Positions 53,109-64,000 of a DNA stretch of 64,000 nt are shown piece by piece. The stretch is from contig JAUCBJ010007342.1 of assembly GCA_032718475.1 (NCBI GenBank), forward strand, positions 28,948 to 92,947, read 5' to 3'. The notes under the pieces were generated by a model. The model made no database searches and had not been told where the DNA came from. It saw nothing but the letters and a program-made list of their open reading frames with translations. Each line of letters begins with the position of its first letter. The first letter of the stretch is position 1. The position numbers and the translations under genes are program-made. This DNA is from Nemertoderma westbladi (Eukaryota; Animalia; Xenacoelomorpha).

Positions 53109-55381
53109 TGTAAGGGTCCAGTAGTATACCGCTTACCAGATCCTAGTAACGATGTATCTTACTATGAGACTCTAGTAATGTATACGGGCTTGTACAGTAT
53201 CTGACAACAAATCCCAGTCCAGGATATCTAAACAAACAGATATAGTACACAAACGACTACTGGCGAGGAACAGAGCCTTGTATCTATTCTATGTACGTGA
53301 GCGGGTCTAATGCCTACGTACTAGACAGAAGGATACCTGTCCTCTAACCGGTGAGGCAGATGTACAGTTACAGTAACAGACCAAACTCACGGGAAAACAA
53401 TCCCCGCGCAGCGAATCCTAACTATCACTGACAGTCCTAAATACAGTAACTTGCCGCGGTGTGATTTATATGGGTTATATACGAACTAGGTTGTTAACAG
53501 ACCTAGTGTAACAATGCTGATCATCCCTGTCGAAATCAGCCTAAAAGTCGTGCCTAAATGTAACAATAACTGATCCCCCTGTACGAAGTCAGTCTAAAAG
53601 GTCAGGCCTAAATGTAACAATACCGTTGTCCAGACAAACAACAGTTTAATAACGAAAGTGAAATACTCCTTATCTTGCCGCAACTAAATCAGATCCTAAT
53701 TTTACAAATACAGATAATTTCCACCTAAAGTAATGTATAGTACGCTATAGCTAGTAGAACTTTAAGGGCAATATGTTTTAGGGCGTGTGTGTGTGGGTGT
53801 GTTACAAATAAAACAATTTCGTGTAATTCCTTTTACTAGGTTTTAGTGATTTTCTGACTAAAATGATACCGTGCGCTAGCTACTAAAATAAACTAGTCGC
53901 GTTTGTAGAACTTTATACTCACGAATGACGTCAAAGCTCTCTCCTTCCTATCCACAACCCAATGGGCAACCACAGTGTTAGTAACTACACCCATGATCGG
54001 CACTAATACCAGATTCTGGTTGTAAGATAAGAATAGGGGTTAATCGCTACCGTACGTTAGCTGATCTGGTATACTAATACTTTGTTGCTGCGGTAGTTAG
54101 CAGCAATACCTATCAGTACGTGGCAAGGCGCGGTAGGATATTAATAAACCTCCCTAGGCCAAGCAGTGTGCCGGTAGCAGAAATTCTCCTTGCCTGATCA
54201 AATAGCTAACTCCAGTCAGGGGGGGGGGGGGGGGGGTACTAATGTACGTTCTACAAAGCGAACCGGTACCAAACAGTCAGTGCTATGAATCACTAAATTA
54301 TGGAACGTATGCTGTCCGTACCTAATATGTACTCGCGTACTGACGAATGGCAATAGTTCGCACCTGTAGGAAGTACAGGTTAACCCAGGGATTCGTAGGA
54401 CTTGACAAAGGGGGGGTGTCTGGATATAATTATTTGATCCTAAATTTGCGGCGTCCAGTACGATGTCACGCTTACCCTGATCTATAGGTCTTACGGCGGG
54501 CAAGGGCGTCGAACAAAGTCTTACCTTCTCACAAAGCGGGCGCTGCATAGCAAGTGGAGTATTTCGAAGGGGCAAAGGGGGTGCGCGGTCGATCCAATGT
54601 GGGCGCTAGCGTGTTGTGGACATCCCTTCCCTGCGTTGCTTACGGCCTAACGATCTAGGCTGCCATCTCCCTGGTGTTCGGCTGTCCCGAAGTCGGACCA
54701 CAAGAAAACATGTCAGGAAATTGCAGTATATTTACAGTTTTACAAAAGGATTTATCAAATAAAGTTTCAACAAGAAACCGAATTAACTAATTTTACAAGA
54801 ATAAACGATCTAAGAAGGGGGTAAGATGTGTAAAAAATGACAATAATATCAGGTGATAACCGAAGGCAAACCGGCCTTTTATACTAGAAATTGCACATGG
54901 AAACTAAACAGAATTTTCCACAGCTTCACCATTGAGCAATGAAGTGCTTCGTGCTCTATGATTGGCCCAGCTCATCGTTCAACGCAGTCCGGCCCTTACA
55001 CTAATCTGGGACATGGAATCCTAACAGAATTTTCCACTGCCTCACATTTGAGCAATAAGATAATTTATGCCCTATGATTGGCCTGGCTCATCATTCGCTA
55101 CGCTGTACGCTTCTCATTGGCCTAACAATTAGCACCACACGAAAATAAATGGCCCCAAAATACAAATTTCCCGACTGGGATTCGAACTCGTAACCTACGT
55201 AATGTAACCAACGCCTTAACCATCTGACCACTACGCCACGAGAGTACCTAAGGGTTTTATGTGTACAAATATGAATAGGCATATTACATTACTGTAACTT
55301 AATCAAAATACGTCGGATTTTCAAAAGTTTTTACGTTAAAGTTAAACTACAAATGCTACCTTATAGTGAAATAATTCATCA
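53109..55381 (-). repeat. 5' LTR of element 2 (2273 bp)
   Basis: Direct repeat of 34700-36963 with the same termini. Confidence 0.93.
55169..55237 (-). other. tRNA-derived Pol III-like cassette inside the 5' LTR
   Basis: Identical to 36751-36819. Confidence 0.65.
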
Positions 55382-56624
55382 CTGTGCCCTCTCGGTGTCA
55401 GACTAATGGCGCGACATCTCCCTGCACTAAATTAATTATTCAATGGTCTAGGCTCGTCCATCCATATACCCATCCACTCCCATACACTCCATGAACCTCC
55501 ATGTGGTTTTGTATGTAGTTCTCTCTCTACCAATACAGCCCATTGTCCGCAATGTTACGCCCTGTGGGCTCTCTCATCTACCTGATATCAGACATACAGG
55601 CGCACCGCACACTAAGCCTTTGTCGGTCCCGGCAAGTTAGCTAGATAACTCGCCATAACCTGCCAATCAGATGACTTGAACAAATGTGTCAATGGTCAAT
55701 GTTCACATGTGATCACATTGGGTGAAATCTGCTTTTTCTGGTGGCCTGTACTGTATTATTCTTACCAAAACAATAAACTGAAGTCAATAGCACATGTTAC
55801 AGTTTATTTTTTGCTAGAAATCAGTTGTAAATAAAAGTTCGGGTGCCATAAATTATAATAATTATATTTGTTGAAAAGTGATAACATTTTAAATGATTTT
55901 TAGTGAAATATGATGTTTAAATTTGGTTGATACAAATTTAGAAATAGTTGAAACACAGTTATTTTTCGTGGAAATCCAATTATAAATAGTAGAGAATTAA
56001 TAAATAATTTTTAGTGATATAATAATTATTTAAGTGAAAAAAAATTATTGGAAAATTGACTAATTTTATTAGGAGATAAATTTGTTGCGGTAGTTAATTG
56101 TAATTTCATGCAATAATTGGTAACAGTAATTCTATAATAAGTGTCACATAATTAAATATTGTCAGAGAGTCTGCCAGAACCTTAAACGATACCCAATGCA
56201 GTTTCGTTTTTTACTTAATTTTTTTTGGAAATTATTTTCACACCTTATTTAATTACACCCCGTAAGTAAGTTTATAATCGTATATATATATTTATTTTTG
56301 ATGTTTGTATTTTGTGTGATTATTTGTGGAACCATTTAAATAACCATTTAATTATTTTAGAAACAAAACAAATATCTATAATAGTTTATACTGTACAACA
56401 AGTATTTCTTATTATTTCGATATATGCGTTGTTACCTTGGTTCCTATTATATTACCTGATTTGGTATTCTATTTGCCTTCCAGTTTTATTTTGGCTACAA
56501 TCGAAACGGAATATATTAATTTTTTTATAGTTTTTGAATATTCTTTTTATCTTATTTAGTTTGAATTTACATAGATTGTTGGAAGAACAATAACTCTATT
56601 ACTGTATAAATAGACATGAATTAG

Positions 56625-56696
56625 TCACCAGCGGGGATCGAACCCACGCCCCCCAATAATCTTTCAGGTATGCTGAACACTCAATCATGGAGGCTC
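56625..56696 (-). mobile_element. Degenerate tRNA-derived SINE-like head
   Basis: Sense GAGCCTCCATGATTGAGTGTTCAGC...GTGGGTTCGATCCCCGCTGGTGAC, with a clear B box and a decayed A box. Confidence 0.5.
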
Positions 56697-57699
56697 GTAT
56701 TTTTTGATTGATTTGCTATGTTGGTAAGCTGCCTTAGTGGCTGGGAATACAGTCAGCCCTTATATTAATGTGAATATCTGGAGAAATATAAACTTATTGT
56801 TCACAGATTGACTGCCGGGTGTATAGATAGCAGGACCGACAACCGTTCAAAATTAGGAAGTTAAAAGCGAAACGCAACAATTTATATTTAGTTTAGGTTC
56901 AAATCCAATTATTATTACTAAAAAATGGGGTCGTATCTCCCTTGAAACATCGTGATGTTATCTTAATATTTGCTAAATTCCTCTTTATCACAACTCGTCT
57001 ACACCGATATAAGTTTTGAATATTCATTAAGTTGTTACCCCCCCCCCCCCCCCCTCCTACCTGTTATTGTCTTACATATCTATATTACTAAAACAAAGTG
57101 TGTGTGTGTGTGTGTGCATTTTATTTATATCCCCTTCTGTTTATTTTTTCTGAGATCTGGCATGCAGGTTTGGTTTGGGCGTAGACGCTGTGCCGACACA
57201 GGTGCCGACGCAGGTGCCGACACGCCAAAAAAAGGTAGGGGTGACCTACAAGAGCAAAATTAAAAAAGCGGCAACAAACAATCTCATTCTACCCGGTATA
57301 ATATGTTGTACACCCCCCCCCCCCCCCCCCCCCCAACACCCCCACATTGTACAGTATAACTTCCACTGGTACTTATACTGTACAATTACGTAAACTACAG
57401 TAATTGTAATTATTATTATTGTCTCAAATTTCCAATTGTTATTTTTTGGCTTTAAAAAAATAATTTTCAATTTCAATTTATTCTCCTGTATATTACAGCT
57501 CCCTCTCTCTTTACTATTTCTCCCCAATAATTGGTTCCGGGGGCACACCGTACCCAAAGGAGTAGCAACACACATATGGCTGTTGCGTTGGATACGGATT
57601 GGGTAGTTTTTTTCATTGCGATATGAATCACATTTGAAGTGCTGGGTAAACACATTGGTGAGAACCATGGTTCGTTATTACCACTATTGGGATCAATAT

Positions 57700-59216
57700 G
57701 AGGAGAAATATATATGTTGGGAGTATCACGTAACGAATCAGGGACTTCTATCTCTAAGGAGCTCTGGGGCCATAAATGAGATGGAGCCCTTAGCAGCGGT
57801 AAAGAAATTGATGTTTGACGAACAGATGTTCTATGGTGGGATCTAGGCAGGAAAAGTGATGAGTTGGAGTGAAGTGCGTAAGCTTATATCGTTTTGGCAA
57901 AGAAATGATGCCCCACCAAGCACATCACACCCTAAGTTGCTAACTACAAGGGCATCAAAGGAAAAGGATAAGTTACCACGAGTAAATGTGGTGAAAATCT
58001 CGCCGACAACTCCGAGCCTGGATACACCATCAGCTTGACTAGGGATCTGTTGGGAATTTGGATATATATGGGTATGTCCAAATTCTTTAGAAAGGTGGAG
58101 TTAATTAGGTTAGATTCTGTACCAGAATCAAGTATCATGCGTAGTGGTGTAGACTGAAAGTGTAAGTCAACATAAGGAGATCTGCCAACACTGACACGGG
58201 ATATCGCTGGGGGGTCATCCACTGTACATACATATCTTGGTGAATGTCAGTATCCTCATCAATAACCTCAATGGTTCGAGTGCGGCCCAAAAATCGTTTA
58301 TCCTGGTCTGGAAGGAAGTGGCATTGGCTGAGAAAATGTGTAAAATCACTGCGACCAGCATGTTTGCATAGTGGGCAAATTTTTTGCATGCGAGGTTGTT
58401 CATGTGTTTGTGGCCGAAAGGGCTTGGGGGCAGTAGGTCTATGTGAATATTGTTGTGGGCGACTAGAAGTGGATCGCATAGTACTGTACGTACTTCATCG
58501 CTAGCTTGGAGCTCGTCTAATAAGGATGGGAGAGCCTGAGAAATCTCAGGTTTTATGGAAGACAGAGTCTGATGTCGCAATTCTGTACCATGACGCTGTT
58601 TAACTAGCTTTGGTAAATCGTTGTTGATTAATCGAAACCAAGTAAGAACAACAAGGTTTTCAACAGTAGGACATAATTCCTCATCTTCAGGAATAGGGAC
58701 ACCATGGTGAGAAATGCCACCATCCTTTTTAAGCAGATTGTCATCTACAAAGGCTACCAATCTTTGGTATAGATCCTCTGGTTTTTCATCATATTCAAGC
58801 TTAATGGATGCTAGGTCCAAAAAATGTGCACAAGAGATTTGAAAGCCAAAGTGCAAACGTATGGTATTCCAGATAGATTGGAGAGAAGTGGACGTTTTAA
58901 CTATTGAATTTCTAGATACAATGGGGCAATAATTTGCTATTTGCCCTAGCATAAATTCTAGGGTTATTACCTTTTGTGCTGCAGTGCGGCGCGATGTAGC
59001 CGGAATATCAGTCCCATCATCCACAAAGCCACGGATAGGAGAAAGGCGAGATTTCTTTTCCCAGTGGGCAGAATCAAGGGTGAATGGGGCAAAGGCTGGG
59101 TCTAAAGCTAAAGTGTATAAAAGATTCTGTCTCCATGTTTCAAAGGTATTAATGGTTTCAACTTTAGAGAGAGGTATAATTTTTGGAGTACGTAGGGAAC
59201 CTGTCGCTGTGGACAT
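57700..59216 (-). pseudogene. Decayed Gypsy-like gag-protease fragment
   Basis: Gag-like ORF 59216..58215; knuckle-like [19 protein letters not shown] in a second frame; protease motif ILDSGTESNLI after another frameshift; left boundary approximate. Confidence 0.7.
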
Positions 59217-59673
59217 ATCGGTGTTCTATGCGGATACTGGATATCGGCTGACCAGTTTAACAGGAGCTTTTTTTTGTGGTAGGTACTGGGGTACTGGTAG
59301 TAATAATGCTAAGTAGAGTCGGACTAGCAGACTGAGCTGTACGACGTATATCAGTCAGTATATCGATGTTTACATAGACAGGCAACTGTGAACTGATAAG
59401 ATAGGTATGGTTATCCGGCAGTCTGGTAAGGACGGTAATTATTGTCTGTGAATCCGAATCTTGTTATGGCTATATAGGTAATATTCACAGTTTGGTTGTT
59501 GGTTGTCCTTGTCAGTTGGCTCAACCAGCAACCGGTAGTAGTAAGTAGTACAGTTCTGGGTTAGTTCTGCAGTTGAGACGCGGTATTAGGTAGGCCTATA
59601 TCACAGCCTATGATTTAGGCTACGACGGTAAGAAGATATACCTGCTGACCTGTATGCCATATGCTGACGCACT

Positions 59674-60234
59674 TGTCGTGTTGAGATGACGGAGCAAGGC
59701 GAGGCAAAGGTAAGATATTGCTGCCACCACGCCAATAAGTGGTAAGAGGTAAAACTCCAATATGCAATAGGTGTGTATCGAGTTTGATAAAACTCATTTT
59801 ATTAATGAAAGTAAAATCCAAGAAAAGTCATACTTGTCAACCATTCAGTCTATAATCAGTTATATTTAATTGTTACATCTGTACATTCAGACATTTGACC
59901 ATGAATCTACCGTTTGATGATGCGATGCTGATGCTAATGTTCACAAGTATTGACACATTTACATATTAACTATAAACCGGTAACTATTGCAGTTTGCAAA
60001 AATATATAGGCCTGTAGGAATTATTTCCCGCTAGCGGTAACATTATAGTGCTGCACAGTACAGCAGTTTGTAGGCTACGGTAGTGCAGTAAGTAGGCCTA
60101 AAACCAATAACAGTTAATAACCCTACAACATCAGATACAAGATCATTATACTGCATAGCTAATAATAATAATCGGGTTTTTTAATAGTCCGCCCAGATGA
60201 AGTTTTAATCGGTCCACTATCAGACTCTGCTACA
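59674..60234 (-). repeat. Candidate 3' LTR of BEL/Pao element 3
   Basis: Sense GCCGGGAGGA (PPT) followed by TGTAGCAG starting at 60234; AATAAA near 59800. The distal end is a guess. Confidence 0.45.
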
Positions 60235-63200
60235 TCCTCCCGGCTCGAAACTATATCAGGAGTTTCATCAATCCGTTTCTTCCTATAATTAATCCGATCA
60301 CCCAAATCATCCGAATCCTTGGGAGAATCTTGTAAGCGCGTTTCATAATATCTCTCAAATAGATGGAGACGCTGAACTGGGCGCGAAAATTTGCCCTTTT
60401 TAGTTTCAACAGTCACTGTGCGAATTATACCATCTTTACTGGGATGAGTTTCTGTCACACGACCCATAGGCCAGGAATTACGTCGAGTTCTATCTTCTGA
60501 AATAAGTACAATGTCATTGATCTTTATTGGTTCCTTCTCAAGTTGCCACTTTTGTCTTGGTTGCAACTGGTGGAGATACTCTGTCTGCCAACGTCGCCAA
60601 AAGTTATCTAATAATCCCTGTAAATACACATATCTCTTTGTCAATGAAACTTCTTTACCACCAAGATCATGCAAAGGACGCAATGGTCTTCCAAGTGCTA
60701 AATGAGCAGGTGTAATAGGTAGTATGTCCTTCGTATCTGGACTATGATAGGTCAATGGCCGTGAGTTTATCATCGCTTCTACATCAGTGAGAACAGTGTA
60801 CATCTCAGTATAAGTCAATAATGACTTTGACAATATCTTCCGTAGGGGTTCCTTGAGACTACGATTAATTCTTTCCCAGTAACCTCCTCGGAAAGGACTT
60901 CGTTCCACAATAAAATTCCATGATATCTTACGCTCATTCATAAATGATGCAATAGCTTCTTTGTCTAAATGTTTCCAGATATTGTCTGAAAAATTTAGTT
61001 TGAAAACTTTGGAGGCTTTCTTAAACGTTTTCTGGTTATCAGAAGTCACTGTTTTACAAAGACCTCTACGATTTACCATTCTACGAAAGCATTGTAGAAA
61101 TTCAGAAGTCTCCATATTTAAAGCTAATTCAAAGTGACACATACGGCTAGCTGCACAAGTGAAAACACAAATGTAAGCTTTATGTGTAGAAGATCCTTCT
61201 TTGATAAGTAGTGCACCAGTAAAATCAATTCCAATATTCCAAAATGCTGGTGATATCTGTAAGCGTTCAGGTGGCAAGTTGCCCATAATTTGTTCCATTG
61301 GGACAGTCTTATGATGGTTACAAACATTGCAGAGATGAACTGCTTTTCTTATCTCATGACGTGAATTAATAATCCAATACTTTTGTTTGAGGAGTGATAA
61401 TAAAACCTCCTGTGGTGCATGTTGATTTGAAATATGCACCTGTAGTATAAGTTTTTGAACCAAACCTTCACCTTTAGGAAGAAGAATTTGATGTTTAGCA
61501 GACAAGGGTAGATCGGAAAATTCAAGTCGCCCACCAACTACCAACAATTGTCGATCAATATCATATTGAGGATTCAAAGGCAACAAATGATGTTTATTAG
61601 GCAATGGTTTATTCTGCGATAATAAATTATAAGCCTCCATGAAATAGTGCTTCTGCAGAATTTTCCACCAATGCATTTCTGTGGCTTCCATCTCCTCCAG
61701 AGTAACCAAATAAGGATGTAATGATGTCAGTGTTGTCGGCTGTTTATCCAGAGCCACTTCATCACTGTTCTCAACCCCCTGGGACAATTTCTTCCTAGCT
61801 CTAGCTAGCCAACGAAAGCATCTCACAGTAAATCGAATAAGATTACTAAACCTCCCATAATATTCAGTAATATAGTTACTAAATTGAGTAACATTTGCTG
61901 ATTTTAGGTTAGATACAAGGCATATAGATTCTGATGCCTCATCATCCTGAACCAAATGTTCAGAGCTATTTATGGTAGGTGTTGACAAACCTTGAATAAT
62001 TCTTTTCACATATTTATGTTGTTTAATAGGTCTCTTCTCTGGTAGTTCAATTTCAACATTCAATGAAGATTTCGGCCAATCATCATTATTCTTAATAAGC
62101 CAGTCTGGACCTTGCCAATAAAATGCACTGTCTTTCATCTCCATTAGACTGGTACCTCTAGAGAGGAGATCTGCTGGGTTTTGATCTCCGGGCACAAATC
62201 GCCATACTTCGATAGGACTTAGGTCATGTATCTCTTGTACACGATTTTGAACGAATGTGTTCCATGTGTAGCTCTCTTTCGCTATCCAACCCAATGCAAT
62301 TTCAGAATCTGACCATAAATAATAGGAGTTTATATCGACACGTTGATGAAGAGCATCTAAAATATACTTAACAAGACGCGCTGCCAGGACAGCACCAAGA
62401 AGTTCCAATCGTGCTAACCTGAGTCGTTTAAGTGGAGCTACTCTTGATCTCGCCATGACGAAATGAGAAGAGGTATTGCTATCACAGAATTCAGTTCGCA
62501 TATATACTACTGCTCCATACGCAACTTCTGAAGCATCAGAAAAAGCGTGTAATTGTACTATAGTTGGGTTTCCTTTATAGAAGAGTCTAGGAACCTTAAT
62601 CGTTTGAAGTAGATAAAGTTCACGTTCCCATTCTCGAAATGAGTTAATTATGCCATCTGTTAATTCGTCATCCCAACCACATTTGTTAAGCCACATATTT
62701 TGCAAAATAATCTTGCCTCGAATTACAAAAGGGCTAACAAATCCAAAAACATCATAGATCTGAGATATCTTACTAAGCATCAATCTTTTTGTTCGAGAAT
62801 AGGTGCTCAAATCAGTTAATCTGTCAGTGACAACCAAACTGAAAGTATCATCAGTCTCATAATTCCAACCAAGACCCAGTGCCTTAGTATTTCCTAAATC
62901 AGATTGATCAGTAAAGCTCACAAAGTTTCCTACTAAACGATCTTTCTCTGGTATAAGTGATAATAGTTTAGCCGAATTCGAACCAAATTTTGTTAGCTCA
63001 TAACCAGCCATTTTACACATATCTACTAACTCTATATATAATTGCTCAGCTTGAATCTCATTGTCGGCTCCACCTAACAGATCATCAACATAGAAACTGT
63101 CAGATGCTTCTTTTGCAGCCAATGGAAACTTAGCTATCATGTCTGGTCTTTCACAATGATGAATTCGTATTCTTTGTGCTAAATAAGGACAAGGACTAAC

Positions 63201-63998
63201 TCCAAACATCAACACAGTCATACAATATTTTTCAATGGGTTCATCTTTATTATTTCGCCACAAATACTGCTGATAACAATGCTGATCTGATACCAGTTTA
63301 GTTTGTAAAAACATCTTGCGTATATCTGCTACAAGAGCTATAGGTTTTGTCCTGAAACGAAGTAAAATTTGAGCAATATCAGGTTGCAGAATAGGCCCAG
63401 GTAGTAGACAATCATTCAGTGAGTTCCCATTCTTGTCTTTGGTGCTTGCATTATAAACTATTCTAACTTTGGTAGAAGAGCTGCCTGGTTTATAAACTGG
63501 ATGATGTGGAAGAAAGAACTGTTCACCATTCATGAATTGTTCTTCTTCTTCAGCTGAAACTTTATGGGCAAATCCCTTTTCAACATAATCATTAATAGTC
63601 TCCCTATAAATCTGTTTCTCAACTTGAGATTTCTCCAGTCTTTTCTCAAGTGATTCTAATAGTTTCTTAGCTCGATGGTAATTAGATACAAGAGTTGGTG
63701 CTTGAGGCTTGAAAGGTAGAGCAACAGAATAATGGCAGTTCTGGTCATCATAATTAAGTGAGATTTTGAACTGCTCCTCTGCCTCTCTTTCATCTTTGGT
63801 AAGCACCTTGGAAGAATTAACAATGCCAATTGTTTCTATATCCCAAAACCGTTCCATTGAATTCAACAGTTTTTCATTAATCCTGGTTTGGGTAATATAA
63901 CATGACTTTGGTCTTGGTTTAATTCGCTTATTGCTAGTATCTGGGCCACAAACAACATATCCAAAGACTGTGGCCATAGCGCAAGGAAGTTTATTGTT
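60159..63998 (-). CDS. pol: BEL/Pao RT-RNase H-integrase, element 3 (5'-partial, uninterrupted)
   Basis: FLPHHPV, ADIRKMF, FYVDD, FSDAS, WSDS, VPGDQNPAD, GIDFTG, SDNQ, GGYWER, INSRP; frame open to the window edge. Confidence 0.95.
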   Translation of the reverse strand, partial: NNKLPCAMATVFGYVVCGPDTSNKRIKPRPKSCYITQTRINEKLLNSMERFWDIETIGIVNSSKVLTKDEREAEEQFKISLNYDDQNCHYSVALPFKPQAPTLVSNYHRAKKLLESLEKRLEKSQVEKQIYRETINDYVEKGFAHKVSAEEEEQFMNGEQFFLPHHPVYKPGSSSTKVRIVYNASTKDKNGNSLNDCLLPGPILQPDIAQILLRFRTKPIALVADIRKMFLQTKLVSDQHCYQQYLWRNNKDEPIEKYCMTVLMFGVSPCPYLAQRIRIHHCERPDMIAKFPLAAKEASDSFYVDDLLGGADNEIQAEQLYIELVDMCKMAGYELTKFGSNSAKLLSLIPEKDRLVGNFVSFTDQSDLGNTKALGLGWNYETDDTFSLVVTDRLTDLSTYSRTKRLMLSKISQIYDVFGFVSPFVIRGKIILQNMWLNKCGWDDELTDGIINSFREWERELYLLQTIKVPRLFYKGNPTIVQLHAFSDASEVAYGAVVYMRTEFCDSNTSSHFVMARSRVAPLKRLRLARLELLGAVLAARLVKYILDALHQRVDINSYYLWSDSEIALGWIAKESYTWNTFVQNRVQEIHDLSPIEVWRFVPGDQNPADLLSRGTSLMEMKDSAFYWQGPDWLIKNNDDWPKSSLNVEIELPEKRPIKQHKYVKRIIQGLSTPTINSSEHLVQDDEASESICLVSNLKSANVTQFSNYITEYYGRFSNLIRFTVRCFRWLARARKKLSQGVENSDEVALDKQPTTLTSLHPYLVTLEEMEATEMHWWKILQKHYFMEAYNLLSQNKPLPNKHHLLPLNPQYDIDRQLLVVGGRLEFSDLPLSAKHQILLPKGEGLVQKLILQVHISNQHAPQEVLLSLLKQKYWIINSRHEIRKAVHLCNVCNHHKTVPMEQIMGNLPPERLQISPAFWNIGIDFTGALLIKEGSSTHKAYICVFTCAASRMCHFELALNMETSEFLQCFRRMVNRRGLCKTVTSDNQKTFKKASKVFKLNFSDNIWKHLDKEAIASFMNERKISWNFIVERSPFRGGYWERINRSLKEPLRKILSKSLLTYTEMYTVLTDVEAMINSRPLTYHSPDTKDILPITPAHLALGRPLRPLHDLGGKEVSLTKRYVYLQGLLDNFWRRWQTEYLHQLQPRQKWQLEKEPIKINDIVLISEDRTRRNSWPMGRVTETHPSKDGIIRTVTVETKKGKFSRPVQRLHLFERYYETRLQDSPKDSDDLGDRINYRKKRIDETPDIVSSREDVAESDSGPIKTSSGRTIKKPDYYY

Positions 63999-64000
63999 AG

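Larger units (their letters stand above)
34700..55381 (-). mobile_element. Giant (20.7 kb) BEL/Pao LTR retrotransposon, element 2
   Basis: Direct repeats 34700-36963 and 53109-55381 with TG...CA termini enclose gag-PR-RT-RH, IN and ORF3; PPT-like tract next to the 3' LTR. No matching TSD. Confidence 0.93.

Noticed and set aside
57037-57345. Poly-C runs, (TG)n and a 12-bp gtgccgacacag repeat as coding or regulatory features
   Set aside because: Simple repeats; overlapping short ORFs are low-complexity and unsupported.
59589-59603. ggtaggcctatatca shared with the end of the element 1 LTR (14434-14448)
   Set aside because: Only 15 nt, built on TAGGCCTA which recurs elsewhere in the window; no further homology seen.

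Overview
Eukaryotic (probably invertebrate animal) repeat-dense DNA with no recognisable host gene. All retroelements lie on the minus strand. (1) 1-14448: partial giant BEL/Pao LTR retrotransposon ('element 1'). (2) 14466-23100: an inverted 15/17-bp satellite (foldback-like) and nested non-autonomous TIR elements. (3) 23706-34699: a 36-bp satellite interrupted by a full-length 8.2-kb CR1/L2-group LINE, whose ORF1 has SAP-like, Ulp1/C48 protease-like and RRM-like parts. (4) 34700-55381: a two-LTR, 20.7-kb BEL/Pao element ('element 2') with 2.26-kb LTRs. (5) 55382-64000: a SINE-like head, a decayed Gypsy-like gag-protease and an ordinary BEL/Pao pol. The main candidate for a new system is shared by the two divergent giant BEL/Pao elements. 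Both carry, in the env position, an ORF3 encoding a DEDDy-type 3'-5' exonuclease; the complete copy also has three CCHC knuckles. Both have a conserved splice acceptor before ORF3, an internal PPT-like motif, an integrase uncoupled from RT-RNase H, and no TGG-type tRNA PBS but LTR-internal complementarity to the PBS position. Each also has an element-specific YGYG-loop hairpin dispersed 6-10 times through coding and non-coding sequence; in element 2 it is read in all three frames. All domain calls are by-eye motif recognition, not database searches.
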